Shown here: positions 7,469 to 15,722 of the stretch, one piece after another
Layout of the letters: every line of letters starts with the position of its first letter
Numbering within the stretch: the first letter of the stretch is position 1
Source of the DNA: Halorhodospira halophila SL1
GTDB lineage: Bacteria; Pseudomonadota; Gammaproteobacteria; Nitrococcales; Halorhodospiraceae
DNA: 32,000 nt
Assembly: GCF_000015585.1 (NCBI RefSeq)
Contig: NC_008789.1
Span: forward strand, 1,710,001-1,742,000
Reading direction: 5' to 3'
The notes under the pieces: generated by a model
Database searches by the model: none
Seen by the model: only the letters and a program-made list of their open reading frames with translations
What the model was told of the DNA's origin: nothing
Translations under genes and position numbers: made by a program

Positions 7469-8668
7469 TTAGCGCATCCCGTGCTTAGCCAGCAGCTCGT
7501 AGATCGTTGGCCGCGTAACTCCCAGTTCCGTCGCTGCGCGCGAGATGTTCCCGTTGCACCGGCCCAAGGCCTCGGCGACGACGCGTCGCTCCGCCTCATC
7601 GCGCACCTCGCGCAACCTGGGCAGATCCCGCTGAACGGTCAGAGAACGCGGCAGCGGCAGCCCGAGGTCTTCGGCACGAATGGCACCTCCCTCCGAGAGG
7701 ATCACCGCTCGCCGGAGCGCGTTTTCCAGTTCACGAACGTTGCCAGGCCAGCGATAGGCGGCGATCACGGCCAAGGCATCACTGCCCAGCTTCCGCGCTC
7801 GGGCCTTGTGCTGCCGGACCATTCCTTTGAGAAGCGCGTGGGCAATCAGTGCGGGATCTCCTGGCCGCTCGCGCAGGGGCGGAAGCCGCAGTTGAACCTC
7901 GGCAACCCGGTAATAGAAGTCGTCACGGAACGCTCCCTCTCCCATCCGCTCGACCAAGTCCCGGTTGGTCGCGCAAACCACCCGGACGTCCACCGGGATC
8001 TCTCGTCGCCCCCCCAAGCGCTGAACCGTCCGCTGTTGCAGGAAGCGCAGCAGCTTCGCCTGAACCTCCAGGGGCAACTCTCCGATCTCGTCGAGGAATA
8101 GGGTTCCCCCATTGGCACGCTCGATCCGCCCCACCCGGGCCCGGTAGGCCCCCGTAAAGGCGCCACGCTCAAACCCGAACAGCTCACTCTCAAGCAGTTC
8201 CGAAGGGATCGCGGCGCAGTTAATCGCCTCCAGCGGAGCAGCGGATCGCACTCGGTTCAGCCCATGCAGAGCCTTCGCAAAGAGCTCCTTCCCGGTGCCA
8301 CTCTCACCGAGAAGCAGGACGGTAGCATCCGAGGGAGCGAGCCGCTCCGTATCCCGACAAAGCTGGATCATGCGCGGGTCACCGGTCACCAAGCCCAGCC
8401 GGCGTGGCCCCGCATCGCCAGATGGGCTCCGCCCCCGGCCCAGCGGTGCGTCAGACTCTTCATACCGGTCCGGATCCGCCCCTTCGGAAAGCGCCCTTTC
8501 CACAGCCCGGATCAGCGGTGCGGCGGCTTCCGGCTCCACGTAGAAACCCGCCTCAAGGGGGATCGAAGTCGCACCAGCCGACCGCGCTCTTCCCACCCGC
8601 AACCCCTGCCCCTCTTCAATGAGGTACCAGACCCTGGAGCTGGCCTCGGTACTTTCCGCTACGGCCAT
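7469..8668 (-). CDS. sigma-54-dependent transcriptional activator (bacterial enhancer-binding protein, Fis-type HTH)
   Basis: Walker A GESGTGKE, Walker B LFLDEIGEL, sigma-54 contact motif GAFTGA, and C-terminal HTH ISRAATELGVTRPTIYELLAKHG. The ~105-aa N-terminal region has no receiver-domain Asp pocket. Start taken at ATG 8668 (GGGAGG upstream); the track ORF starts at TTG 8728. Confidence 0.9.
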   Translation of the reverse strand: MAVAESTEASSRVWYLIEEGQGLRVGRARSAGATSIPLEAGFYVEPEAAAPLIRAVERALSEGADPDRYEESDAPLGRGRSPSGDAGPRRLGLVTGDPRMIQLCRDTERLAPSDATVLLLGESGTGKELFAKALHGLNRVRSAAPLEAINCAAIPSELLESELFGFERGAFTGAYRARVGRIERANGGTLFLDEIGELPLEVQAKLLRFLQQRTVQRLGGRREIPVDVRVVCATNRDLVERMGEGAFRDDFYYRVAEVQLRLPPLRERPGDPALIAHALLKGMVRQHKARARKLGSDALAVIAAYRWPGNVRELENALRRAVILSEGGAIRAEDLGLPLPRSLTVQRDLPRLREVRDEAERRVVAEALGRCNGNISRAATELGVTRPTIYELLAKHGMR

Positions 8669-8782
8669 CGCTTTGAGACCTCCCTGGCGGTCCGCACTCC
8701 GGAATACGTCCCCGGTTAACGGAGCCAAGAACCCGCGCTAGATACTAGGGGAATGGCACTGGGCGGCTCGGCAGCCCGGTAA

Positions 8783-8835
8783 AACCCCAGCGGGACCCGG
8801 AGGCGCGGGACGGAACCCCGTGGACCGCTGGGGTT
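8783..8835 (-). terminator. long GC-rich stem-loop followed by T-tract (putative terminator of the lipoprotein gene, or a structured 5' element of the EBP gene)
   Basis: Arms AACCCCAGCGG (8783..8793) and CCGCTGGGGTT (8825..8835) give 11 perfect bp around a 31-nt GC-rich interior. On the minus strand the stem is followed by TTTTACC. Confidence 0.35.
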
Positions 8836-8985
8836 AAACAGCTATGGTAAAAATAGCACTTGGCAAGGGAGAAGCCAGCGCTCGGTTCACGCTAGCCCCT
8901 TGTGGGGAACAGCAGCGTGGGCACCGGCGATCCGACCCTTAACCTGATTTTTTTCAGGGCACCCCCTTGAGAAGATGCACTGGAC

Positions 8986-9177
8986 TCAATAACCGGCGTC
9001 CTCGCCGGCATCCTCAGCATCCTCGCCAGCCTCTTCGAGGGAGTCACCCGCCTCTTCGACCGCATCATCCACTTCCTCGCCTGCGTCCTCCGCCGGCCCG
9101 CTGTTGCAGCCACTTAGCGCGACGAGGAACAGTCCCATCACCAACGCGATACCGATTGCTTTTAGATATTTCATCAT
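8986..9177 (-). CDS. small polyanionic lipoprotein
   Basis: 63 aa with lipobox L-S-G-C and an excellent RBS (CAGGAGAG). The mature 40-aa part, CNSGPAEDAGEEVDDAVEEAGDSLEEAGEDAEDAGEDAGY, has 17 Asp/Glu, no basic residue, and reiterated (E/D)(E/D)AG units. Confidence 0.65.
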   Translation of the reverse strand: MMKYLKAIGIALVMGLFLVALSGCNSGPAEDAGEEVDDAVEEAGDSLEEAGEDAEDAGEDAGY

Positions 9178-9461
9178 GATTACTCTCCTGGTTTTTCCAC
9201 CTTCAGAATCGGAAACACCCCTTTCGGAGGAACCAGCCTAGGGGGGACTTCGGCTTCTCGTCTGTCTGCTATCGAACAAAACCCGGTTGCAAACAATCCG
9301 GTTTTGGTGGCACCCCCATACTGGCGAAATTCCACAAGGCCTGTGTGGATGCCGCACCCAGCCGTCAATTATTCTGGACAGCTGATAGCAAAATCGTACT
9401 TGCAGTGCACGCGTTTTTGTCTAGGTTGAGTTCAGGGCGCGCAGGCCGCACGAGGTCACCC

Positions 9462-10436
9462 ATGGACCCGGTACAGCAGATGGAACTCGGCGACAGACTC
9501 ATGCTCCACAATCCAGTAAGGATCACCAATACCGCTTGCAGTGGAACTTGCCCGCAGAGAAAGCTGGATATACTCCAGCAAGTCGCCGGCATCGGCTTCT
9601 GGGAGCTTGACCTGAAAACCGGTCATGTCTGGCTCGATGGCCGTTTACAGGAGATCTACGGCCTCTCTCCCGGAGAGAACAACCTGGGGATCGAACTGAG
9701 GACTTGGCGTAAGTATGTCCATCCAGAGGACCAACCACGGGTTCAGCAGGGTTTCTGGCGCGCCGCCGAGTTAGCTTTACCCTGGCGCCTGCAGTTCCGT
9801 GCCATCCGCCCAGACCAACAGGTGCGGCACATCCGCTCCGAGGGTCGACTTGAACCGATCCCGAACGACCAGTCCGTATACTTTGTCGGGTTTGAGGAAG
9901 ACGTCACCGACCGCGTGGCCCTTGAGCAGGAACTGGAGCGGCAAGCCCAGCAGGATGGGCTGACTGGCACCTATAACCGCCGAAAGATGGACAACCTCCT
10001 CCACCAGGAGCGCGAGCGGGCGATTCGGTACCGCCAGCAGCTGACGGCCATGCTCATCGACGCGGACGGTTTTAAGGCTATCAACGACAACTACGGGCAC
10101 GAGGCCGGCGATGAACTTCTTCACGATCTCGTGCACTGTTGTTTCCGCCCGTGCCTGCGCACCATCGATCACCTCGGGCGCTGGGGTGGTGACGAGTTCC
10201 TCGTAATCCTTCCGGAGACCTCGGAAGAGGCCGCTTATCACGTTGCGGAGCGCATCCGTGACCAGGTCGAGACGCTCCAACCGGGCCCGGGGGCAATTAC
10301 CGTGAGCATCGGGATCTCGGCCTACCAACCGGAGGAATCACCCCGGGACTGGTTGCGCAGTGCGGATTTCGCTCTGTACGAGGCCAAGCGCGGGGGACGC
10401 AACCGAATCACCCGCTACCGTTCACCACCCGCGTGA
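9462..10436 (+). CDS. PAS-GGDEF diguanylate cyclase with intact I-site
   Basis: PAS fold (GFWELDLKTGHVWLDGRLQEIYGL...). GGDEF active site RWGGDEFLVIL, with RTID exactly 5 residues upstream (RxxD inhibitory site). Start at ATG 9462 (GAGG 8 nt upstream); the track ORF starts at GTG 9345. Confidence 0.9.
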   Translation: MDPVQQMELGDRLMLHNPVRITNTACSGTCPQRKLDILQQVAGIGFWELDLKTGHVWLDGRLQEIYGLSPGENNLGIELRTWRKYVHPEDQPRVQQGFWRAAELALPWRLQFRAIRPDQQVRHIRSEGRLEPIPNDQSVYFVGFEEDVTDRVALEQELERQAQQDGLTGTYNRRKMDNLLHQERERAIRYRQQLTAMLIDADGFKAINDNYGHEAGDELLHDLVHCCFRPCLRTIDHLGRWGGDEFLVILPETSEEAAYHVAERIRDQVETLQPGPGAITVSIGISAYQPEESPRDWLRSADFALYEAKRGGRNRITRYRSPPA

Positions 10437-10667
10437 ACCGCGCCCTGCACTAACGCCCCCGCTTTCTCCTAAGCCCTCGGGGCAGACAGGCGCAGCTGCG
10501 GCGTCTCATCCGCGACAATACTCACTATTGCCCACCGCTGCCTCTTTCGTGCAGACCTTTCTGGTTTTCTGCTACGGCTTGAACGCGCCGCAGACAGGCT
10601 GCCCGCATCGGCCTCCGTGCGCCCAGGCTGTAGAATGTCGCCCGTTGCAGGTACCAAGGAGCCCCCC

Positions 10668-11519
10668 ATGGCCAACCGCTACGATCGCCCCCCGCACCCG
10701 GAAGGCCCCTTCAACGCCGACCGCGTGGCCGATAGCGATCCCCCCGAGCAGGAAGAGCTGGGGGCGTTCCAGGAGCGCATGCGCTTCCGGGCCCGGGAGC
10801 GTACGCTGCTGTTCCTTGGCGCGCTGGGGGTTGCCGCCGTCCTGGTGCTGGCAACGCGCCACGAGCCCCAGATCGCTGAGTTCATGAACGCCAGTGCAGA
10901 GGCGGTCGGGGTCGCGCTGCTGGGCCTGACGATCGGAGCCATCGTCCTCTGGGGCTACACCCTGCACCAGCTCATGGACCCGATCTTCGGTGATGTCCTG
11001 GGGGCACGCGGCGACCTGGAGGTGATTGACCCCGATGTGCCCGATTATCGCCGCCTGCTGATCGTAGCGGCGCTCATCAACCAGGCAGCGACCGGCTACT
11101 TCCGCGCTCTGCGCGAGACCTGCGACCGCGAGGTCCGGCTCGGTGATCTACGCGCCCTCCGCCAGTATCTGCGCCAGCTAAAGAACCCGAACCTGGCCGG
11201 CGCCGCCGCACCACCACCCACCCCCCAGGACGACTGGGAGCGAGGATACGTGGTGTGGTCGGAGCACAGTTACCGGTTCTACCTGGATGAGCTGGATACG
11301 CTGGACTACATCGAGTTCCTCGACGGGGACCTGGAAGGGGTCTCCCTCTACTTCGGCCGCCCCGGAGAAGGGAGCTTCCCCTACGAGATCGTCACCTGCC
11401 CAGACGTAGTCCGAGAGGCCTTCGGTAGCCAGAGCGGCCTGGAGGAGCGGATCGACGAAGAGCTGGAGGATGTGCTGGAGGTCTTCGGCGGCTGGGGGCA
11501 GGACTTGGTGCTCTATTAG
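10668..11519 (+). CDS. hypothetical membrane protein (two TM helices, acidic C-terminal domain)
   Basis: 283 aa from ATG 10668, preceded by AAGGAG. TM segments are TLLFLGALGVAAVLVLAT and AVGVALLGLTIGAIVLWGYTL. G/C third-position bias is consistent with coding. No family recognised. Confidence 0.7.
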   Translation: MANRYDRPPHPEGPFNADRVADSDPPEQEELGAFQERMRFRARERTLLFLGALGVAAVLVLATRHEPQIAEFMNASAEAVGVALLGLTIGAIVLWGYTLHQLMDPIFGDVLGARGDLEVIDPDVPDYRRLLIVAALINQAATGYFRALRETCDREVRLGDLRALRQYLRQLKNPNLAGAAAPPPTPQDDWERGYVVWSEHSYRFYLDELDTLDYIEFLDGDLEGVSLYFGRPGEGSFPYEIVTCPDVVREAFGSQSGLEERIDEELEDVLEVFGGWGQDLVLY

Positions 11520-11527
11520 CCACCGAG

Positions 11528-11556
11528 TGAGGCCACCGTTTTGGGCGGTGGCCTCA
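11528..11556. terminator. perfect 11-bp hairpin between convergent genes (bidirectional terminator candidate)
   Basis: TGAGGCCACCG-TTTTGGG-CGGTGGCCTCA, located 9 nt after stop 11519 and 14 nt before stop 11570. No flanking U-tract on either strand. Confidence 0.45.
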
Positions 11557-11569
11557 GGGTGACCGATCT

Positions 11570-11770
11570 CTAGCCGAAGACCATCGGGTACCACACGAAG
11601 CCGATGATGGTGCTCAAACCAACCACCAGGAAAGCGTGGAGCAGCACCCGGCGATAGCCCAGGTACATGCCGAGCAGCAACCCCAGGGTGGGCAGCAGCA
11701 CGGCGCTCAGATAGGCAACCACCATCAGCCAGGTGGGCACCGATCCCCGTCTCGCAGCAGATTCCGCCAT
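11570..11770 (-). CDS. small hypothetical membrane protein
   Basis: 66 aa from ATG 11770 (AGGGAG upstream), with two hydrophobic helices (WLMVVAYLSAVLLPTLGLLLGMYLG, LLHAFLVVGLSTIIGFVWY). The track's GTG 11815 start would overlap the tRNA terminator. Confidence 0.5.
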   Translation of the reverse strand: MAESAARRGSVPTWLMVVAYLSAVLLPTLGLLLGMYLGYRRVLLHAFLVVGLSTIIGFVWYPMVFG

Positions 11771-11792
11771 CGGATACGCGCTCCCTAAAACG

Positions 11793-11837
11793 AAAAAACC
11801 CCCGTCGGCGGACACTGACGTGCACGCTGAGCGGGGG
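11793..11837 (-). terminator. stem-loop plus T6 tract downstream of tRNA-fMet
   Basis: On the minus strand: CCCCCG (27-nt loop) CGGGGG followed by TTTTTTCGTTTT. The stem is only 6 GC pairs and the loop is large, so this is tentative. Confidence 0.4.
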
Positions 11838-11850
11838 CTCGGCTCGAATT

Positions 11851-11927
<77 letters not shown>

Positions 11928-12029
11928 ACTGTTGGCGCGCATTTTATGCACCCAGTCGCTTGGCGTCAATTCATCCTGACGCGGAGCGGAACGTTGGTTG
12001 CCGTCGGGCGATCCGACCAGAATGGAGCC

Positions 12030-12059
12030 GCTGGGGCGGGGGGGAACCCCCGCCCCAGC
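12030..12059 (-). terminator. glnA terminator hairpin
   Basis: GCTGGGGCGGGGG-GGAA-CCCCCGCCCCAGC gives 13 perfect bp, located 14 nt after the glnA stop. The U-tract is weak. Confidence 0.6.
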
Positions 12060-12072
12060 CGAGGCACCAAGG

Positions 12073-13488
12073 TCAGACGCTGTAATACAGGTCGAACTCC
12101 ACCGGATGGGTGGTCATGCGAAGGCGGGTGACCTCCTCCATCTTCAGTTCGATGTAGGCGTCGATCAGGTCGTCGGAGAAGACCCCGCCCTGCTTGAGGA
12201 ACTCGCGGTCGTTGTCCAGGGCCTCGAGCGCCTCGTCGAGCTGGAAGGCGACCTTGGGGATCTCCTTCTCCTCCTCCGGCGGCAGGTCGTAGAGGTCCTT
12301 GTCCATCGCCTCGCCGGGGTGGATCTTGTTGCGGATGCCGTCGAGACCGGCCATCAGCATAGCGGCGAAGGTCAGGTACGGGTTGCCGGTGGAGTCCGGG
12401 AAGCGGACCTCGATCCGCCGCGCCTTGGGGTTGGCCACATAGGGCACCCGCACCGAGGCGGAGCGATTGCGCGCCGAGTAGGCGAGCAGCACCGGCGCCT
12501 CGAAGCCGGGCACCAGGCGCTTGTAGCTGTTGGTGGAGGCGTTGGCGAAGGCGTTGATCGCCTTGGCGTGCTTGATGATGCCGCCGATGTAGTAGAGCGC
12601 CTCCTCGGAGAGCCCGCCGTACTGGTCCCCGGTGAAGATATTGTTGCCGCCTTTGGAGACCGACTGGTGCACGTGCATGCCGTTGCCGTTGTCGCCCACT
12701 AGCGGCTTGGGCATAAAGGTGGCGGTCTTGCCGTAGGCGTGGGCGACGTTGTGCACGCAGTACTTGAGCGTCTGCAGCTCGTCGGCCTTCTTGACCAGGG
12801 TACGGGCCGCGGTACCGATCTCCCCCTGACCGGCAGTGGCCACCTCGTGGTGGTGGACCTCCGGCTCTAGGCCCATATCGGCCAGGGCCTGACACATGGC
12901 GCCGCGGATGTTGTGCAGCGAATCCACCGGCGGGACCGGGAAGTAGCCGCCCTTCACGCCGGGGCGGTGACCGATATTACCGTCTGGGTAGACCCGCTCG
13001 GAGTTCCAGCCGGCCTCCTCGGAGTCCACCTTATAGAAGCAGCCGCTCATGTCGGCGCCCCAGCGGACGTCGTCGAAGACGAAGAACTCCGGCTCGGGAC
13101 CGAACAGGGCACTATCTCCAATACCCGTGGAGGCCAGATACGCCTCGGCCCGCTTGGCGGCCGAGCGCGGATCGCGGTCGTAGCCCTGCAGAGTGCTCGG
13201 CTCGAGGATGTCACAGACCAGCTTGAGGGTCGGCTCATCGGTGAAGGGGTCGAGGACGGCGCTCTCGGCATCCGGGAGCATGATCATGTCCGACTCCTGG
13301 ATCCCCTTCCAGCCGTCGATGGAAGAGCCGTCGAACATCTTGCCGTGCTCGAACAGGTCCTCATCGACCTGGGAGACGGGCAGGGTTACGTGCATCTCTT
13401 TCCCGCGCGTGTCGGTGAAGCGCAGGTCGACGAACTTCACGTCCTCATCCTTGATGAGCTTGAGTACGTCCTTACCGGTTGCAGCCAT
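12073..13488 (-). CDS. glnA: glutamine synthetase type I
   Basis: 471 aa, [26 protein letters not shown]..., with GS-I signatures throughout and the adenylylation-site Tyr context [13 protein letters not shown] is GGAGGTGG. Confidence 0.97.
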   Translation of the reverse strand: MAATGKDVLKLIKDEDVKFVDLRFTDTRGKEMHVTLPVSQVDEDLFEHGKMFDGSSIDGWKGIQESDMIMLPDAESAVLDPFTDEPTLKLVCDILEPSTLQGYDRDPRSAAKRAEAYLASTGIGDSALFGPEPEFFVFDDVRWGADMSGCFYKVDSEEAGWNSERVYPDGNIGHRPGVKGGYFPVPPVDSLHNIRGAMCQALADMGLEPEVHHHEVATAGQGEIGTAARTLVKKADELQTLKYCVHNVAHAYGKTATFMPKPLVGDNGNGMHVHQSVSKGGNNIFTGDQYGGLSEEALYYIGGIIKHAKAINAFANASTNSYKRLVPGFEAPVLLAYSARNRSASVRVPYVANPKARRIEVRFPDSTGNPYLTFAAMLMAGLDGIRNKIHPGEAMDKDLYDLPPEEEKEIPKVAFQLDEALEALDNDREFLKQGGVFSDDLIDAYIELKMEEVTRLRMTTHPVEFDLYYSV

Positions 13489-13548
13489 GGGGTTCCACCT
13501 CCGAAACGGCTAATCAATGTTCCCCAGTCGGGGCTCACGGAGGTGGTA

Positions 13549-13563
13549 GCAATCCCTGTGCCA
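13549..13563 (-). promoter_or_regulatory. sigma-54 promoter (glnAp2 type)
   Basis: The minus strand reads TGGCAC-AGGGA-TTGC, a perfect -24/-12 consensus, about 60 nt upstream of the glnA ATG. Confidence 0.8.
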
Positions 13564-13626
13564 GCTTCTGGGATTTCGGCTAGACGGGGTCTTACGATGG
13601 TGCAGCGGCACACATCGGGGGCTGGG

Positions 13627-13643
13627 CGCACCATATTGATGCA
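13627..13643. promoter_or_regulatory. NtrC-like enhancer site 1
   Basis: CGCACCATATTGATGCA versus TGCACCA-N3-TGGTGCA (2 mismatches). The centre lies ~85 nt upstream of the sigma-54 -12 element. Confidence 0.55.
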
Positions 13644-13657
13644 GCCGGGAGCGCGTT

Positions 13658-13674
13658 CGCACTAACACGGTGCG
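13658..13674. promoter_or_regulatory. NtrC-like enhancer site 2 (weaker)
   Basis: CGCACTAACACGGTGCG has 4 mismatches to the NtrC palindrome and sits ~31 nt from site 1, about three helical turns, as in the paired sites of enteric glnAp2. Confidence 0.4.
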
Positions 13675-13675
13675 A

Positions 13676-13700
13676 CCCCGGGAGGATCCGCTTCCCGGGG
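13676..13700 (-). terminator. hairpin after the hup-lipoprotein operon
   Basis: CCCCGGGA-N9-TCCCGGGG (8 bp) lies 7 nt downstream of stop 13707 and abuts the NtrC-like site 2. Confidence 0.4.
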
Positions 13701-13706
13701 CCGGGG

Positions 13707-14039
13707 CTATCGCAGCTCCTGCAGCTCGTCACGCATCTCGCGCAGCGTCTCACCGAGCAGGCCAAGCATGCGGACATCATGCTCGGCGAGGGCGTCCGGA
13801 CACTCGCGCTGGATCGCCACGCGAATGCTGCTCTCCCGGATGCCCTTGCGCTGGTAACGCTCGTCGAGTGCCGTGATAGTCTCCTGCTGCTCCTCGAAGC
13901 TCATGTCGTCGGCGTGACGAATGTAGTCGCAGTAGTCGGCCGCCAGGGTGCCGGCGTCGCCGCCGCCACACCCCGCTATCAGGGCGCCTGTGCCACCCAG
14001 GATCCCGACCCCGACCCAACTACGCAGCCGACGGAACAT
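13707..14039 (-). CDS. hypothetical lipoprotein
   Basis: 110 aa with lipobox L-I-A-G-C and AGGAGG RBS, 12 nt downstream of the HU gene stop. Confidence 0.6.
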   Translation of the reverse strand: MFRRLRSWVGVGILGGTGALIAGCGGGDAGTLAADYCDYIRHADDMSFEEQQETITALDERYQRKGIRESSIRVAIQRECPDALAEHDVRMLGLLGETLREMRDELQELR

Positions 14040-14051
14040 GGCAGCCTCCTG

Positions 14052-14327
14052 CTACTGATCCACGGAGCGCTTGAGCGGCGCGCCCGGCTTGAACCGGACG
14101 TTCATGCCGGCGGGAATGTCGATCAGTTCGCCCGTCTGCGGGTTGCGGCCCTGCCGCTCGGGGCGGGCGACCACGGCAAACTTGCCAAAACCGGGGATCG
14201 AGACATCCTCCCCGCTGGCCAGGCTCTCCTCGATGCCCGTGAAAACAGCACTCACCGCGTCCGTTGCGACACGCTTGGAGACCCCGGTTTCGGCTGCGAC
14301 CTTTTCAGCCAGATCGGCTTTGTTCAT
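14052..14327 (-). CDS. hupB: DNA-binding protein HU
   Basis: 91 aa, MNKADLAEKVAAETGVSKRVATDAV...GFGKFAVVARPERQGRNPQTGELIDIPAGMNVRFKPG, a canonical HU/IHF fold sequence. Confidence 0.95.
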   Translation of the reverse strand: MNKADLAEKVAAETGVSKRVATDAVSAVFTGIEESLASGEDVSIPGFGKFAVVARPERQGRNPQTGELIDIPAGMNVRFKPGAPLKRSVDQ

Positions 14328-14407
14328 GCGCTACTCTCCGATTTGTTTCAGGTTCTAGGTTGGCCGTCCCGATTCTATCCCAGGCCCGCCAGGGACGGGC
14401 AGCGAGC

Positions 14408-14857
14408 CTAGGCAACCAGCTCGTCGATCCCCTGGTTGGCCAGAGCATCGGCACGCTCATTCTCCGCATGACCGGCGTGGCCACGCACCCAGTGCCAGTC
14501 GACCTGGTGGTACGCGGCCAGCTCATCGAGCCGTTGCCACAGGTCCTGGTTGAGCACCGGCTTGCGCGATGCGGTGCGCCAGCCCCGGCGCTTCCAGCCC
14601 TCCAGCCACTCGGTGATCCCGCGACGTACGTACTGGGAGTCGGTGGTCAGCACCACCCGGCAGGGCCGATCCAAGGCCTCCAGGGCGCGGATCGCCGCGG
14701 TTAGTTCCATGCGGTTGTTGGTGGTCTCCGGCTCCCCACCGTAGAGCTCTCGCTCATGCTCGCCGTAGCGTAGCAGCACGCCCCACCCTCCGGGGCCCGG
14801 ATTACCTCGACAGGCCCCATCCGTGAATGCCTCCACCACGCCGCGCTGCTCGGTCAC
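14408..14857 (-). CDS. rnhA: ribonuclease HI
   Basis: [55 protein letters not shown]...[17 protein letters not shown]. The GTG start overlaps the upstream stop (GTGA). Confidence 0.95.
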   Translation of the reverse strand: MTEQRGVVEAFTDGACRGNPGPGGWGVLLRYGEHERELYGGEPETTNNRMELTAAIRALEALDRPCRVVLTTDSQYVRRGITEWLEGWKRRGWRTASRKPVLNQDLWQRLDELAAYHQVDWHWVRGHAGHAENERADALANQGIDELVA

Positions 14858-15585
14858 GCACTACCTCCTCGCTTCTGGGCCTGCGCGCAGATCCGGCCCA
14901 CCGGGTGCGCAGCCCCGACGGGGACGCCTCGACCTAAGCGCTCGACCCGGGTTTTCCCTCGCAGTGACCCTGGCTCACGCCGGATCGCTACGGTGATCTG
15001 TACGCCGGCGGCGAAGCGGCCGAGCCGGCGGAGCCTATCCTCCCATGGATCCAGACGCTTTTGCAGGCGCTCTCCCTGGATAGGTGGCCGAAAACAGAGA
15101 TCGTGCCGAGCCACGGTCTCAAAGCCGCAGCGTCGCAGATGCACCCCGACGGTGGAGGCAAGCCACTGGCGGCCGCCCCAGGGTACCGGGGCCGAGCGCC
15201 ACCGCCCCCACAACCGACGTGCCCCCCACAGCCCCAGGGGGTTGAAGGTCAGGACCATCAGTCGGCCTTCCGGAGCCAACACCTGATAGGCCTCGGATAA
15301 CACGGCCCCCGGCTCCGCATTGAACTCAAGGACGTGGCTGAGGATCAGGGCATCGATGCTCTGACCGCGGAAAGGCAGCTGCTGCGGGGCCGCCACAAGG
15401 TCCCGTCCAGCTCCGACCCGCCACTGGCGAACGGTCGGTGCCAAGGGCAGGGGAGCGGCCACCGGGCCCAGACATAGCACGTCCCCAATCCCCAAGTGCG
15501 CCAGGGAATCGGCCACCGCGCTTTGTTCGGCACGGCCGACCCGCTGCCCCAGGGGCGTGCCGTACCAGGCGTGAAGGTGTTGCAT
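14854..15585 (-). CDS. class I SAM-dependent methyltransferase (YafS-like)
   Basis: 243 aa. It occupies the slot between rnhA and divergent gloB, as yafS does in E. coli. [14 protein letters not shown] resembles a methyltransferase post-II motif. Confidence 0.8.
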   Translation of the reverse strand: MQHLHAWYGTPLGQRVGRAEQSAVADSLAHLGIGDVLCLGPVAAPLPLAPTVRQWRVGAGRDLVAAPQQLPFRGQSIDALILSHVLEFNAEPGAVLSEAYQVLAPEGRLMVLTFNPLGLWGARRLWGRWRSAPVPWGGRQWLASTVGVHLRRCGFETVARHDLCFRPPIQGERLQKRLDPWEDRLRRLGRFAAGVQITVAIRREPGSLRGKTRVERLGRGVPVGAAHPVGRICAQAQKRGGSA

Positions 15586-15722
15586 GCGCCCCCCGTTTTA
15601 GACGCTCCCCGCCCAACCTTACCCGAGCGCCGCACCGAACTCACCCACCCACCACCGCAGCCACGTGGGAACACCCCGTCGGGGGTTTGCCGCGCAGGCT
15701 TGACACGGTACGATGCCCGGCG

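Noticed and set aside
8861-8875. TGGCAA-GGGAG-AAGC with correct sigma-54 spacing on the plus strand
   Set aside because: It points into the antisense of the lipoprotein gene with no plus-strand gene downstream, and the -12 region is AAGC rather than TTGC.
9308-9322. TGGCAC hexamer on the plus strand upstream of the GGDEF gene
   Set aside because: There is no GC at the -12 position (the sequence reads TACT), so it is not a sigma-54 promoter.
10480-10600. Direct repeat GCAGACAGGC (10480..10489 and 10591..10600) between the GGDEF gene and the membrane-protein gene
   Set aside because: A single 10-nt repeat pair ~110 nt apart in GC-rich DNA is within chance expectation, and it has no associated palindrome or promoter element.
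15438-15722. Long N-terminal extensions offered by the ORF track for gloB. The same applies to minD up to 19476, ogt up to 22829, the AHAS gene up to 24669, bchG from 30657, and the GGDEF gene from 9345.
   Set aside because: The extensions are Pro/Arg-rich, overlap neighbouring genes or promoters, and lack RBSs. Internal starts with RBSs give lengths that match the known families.
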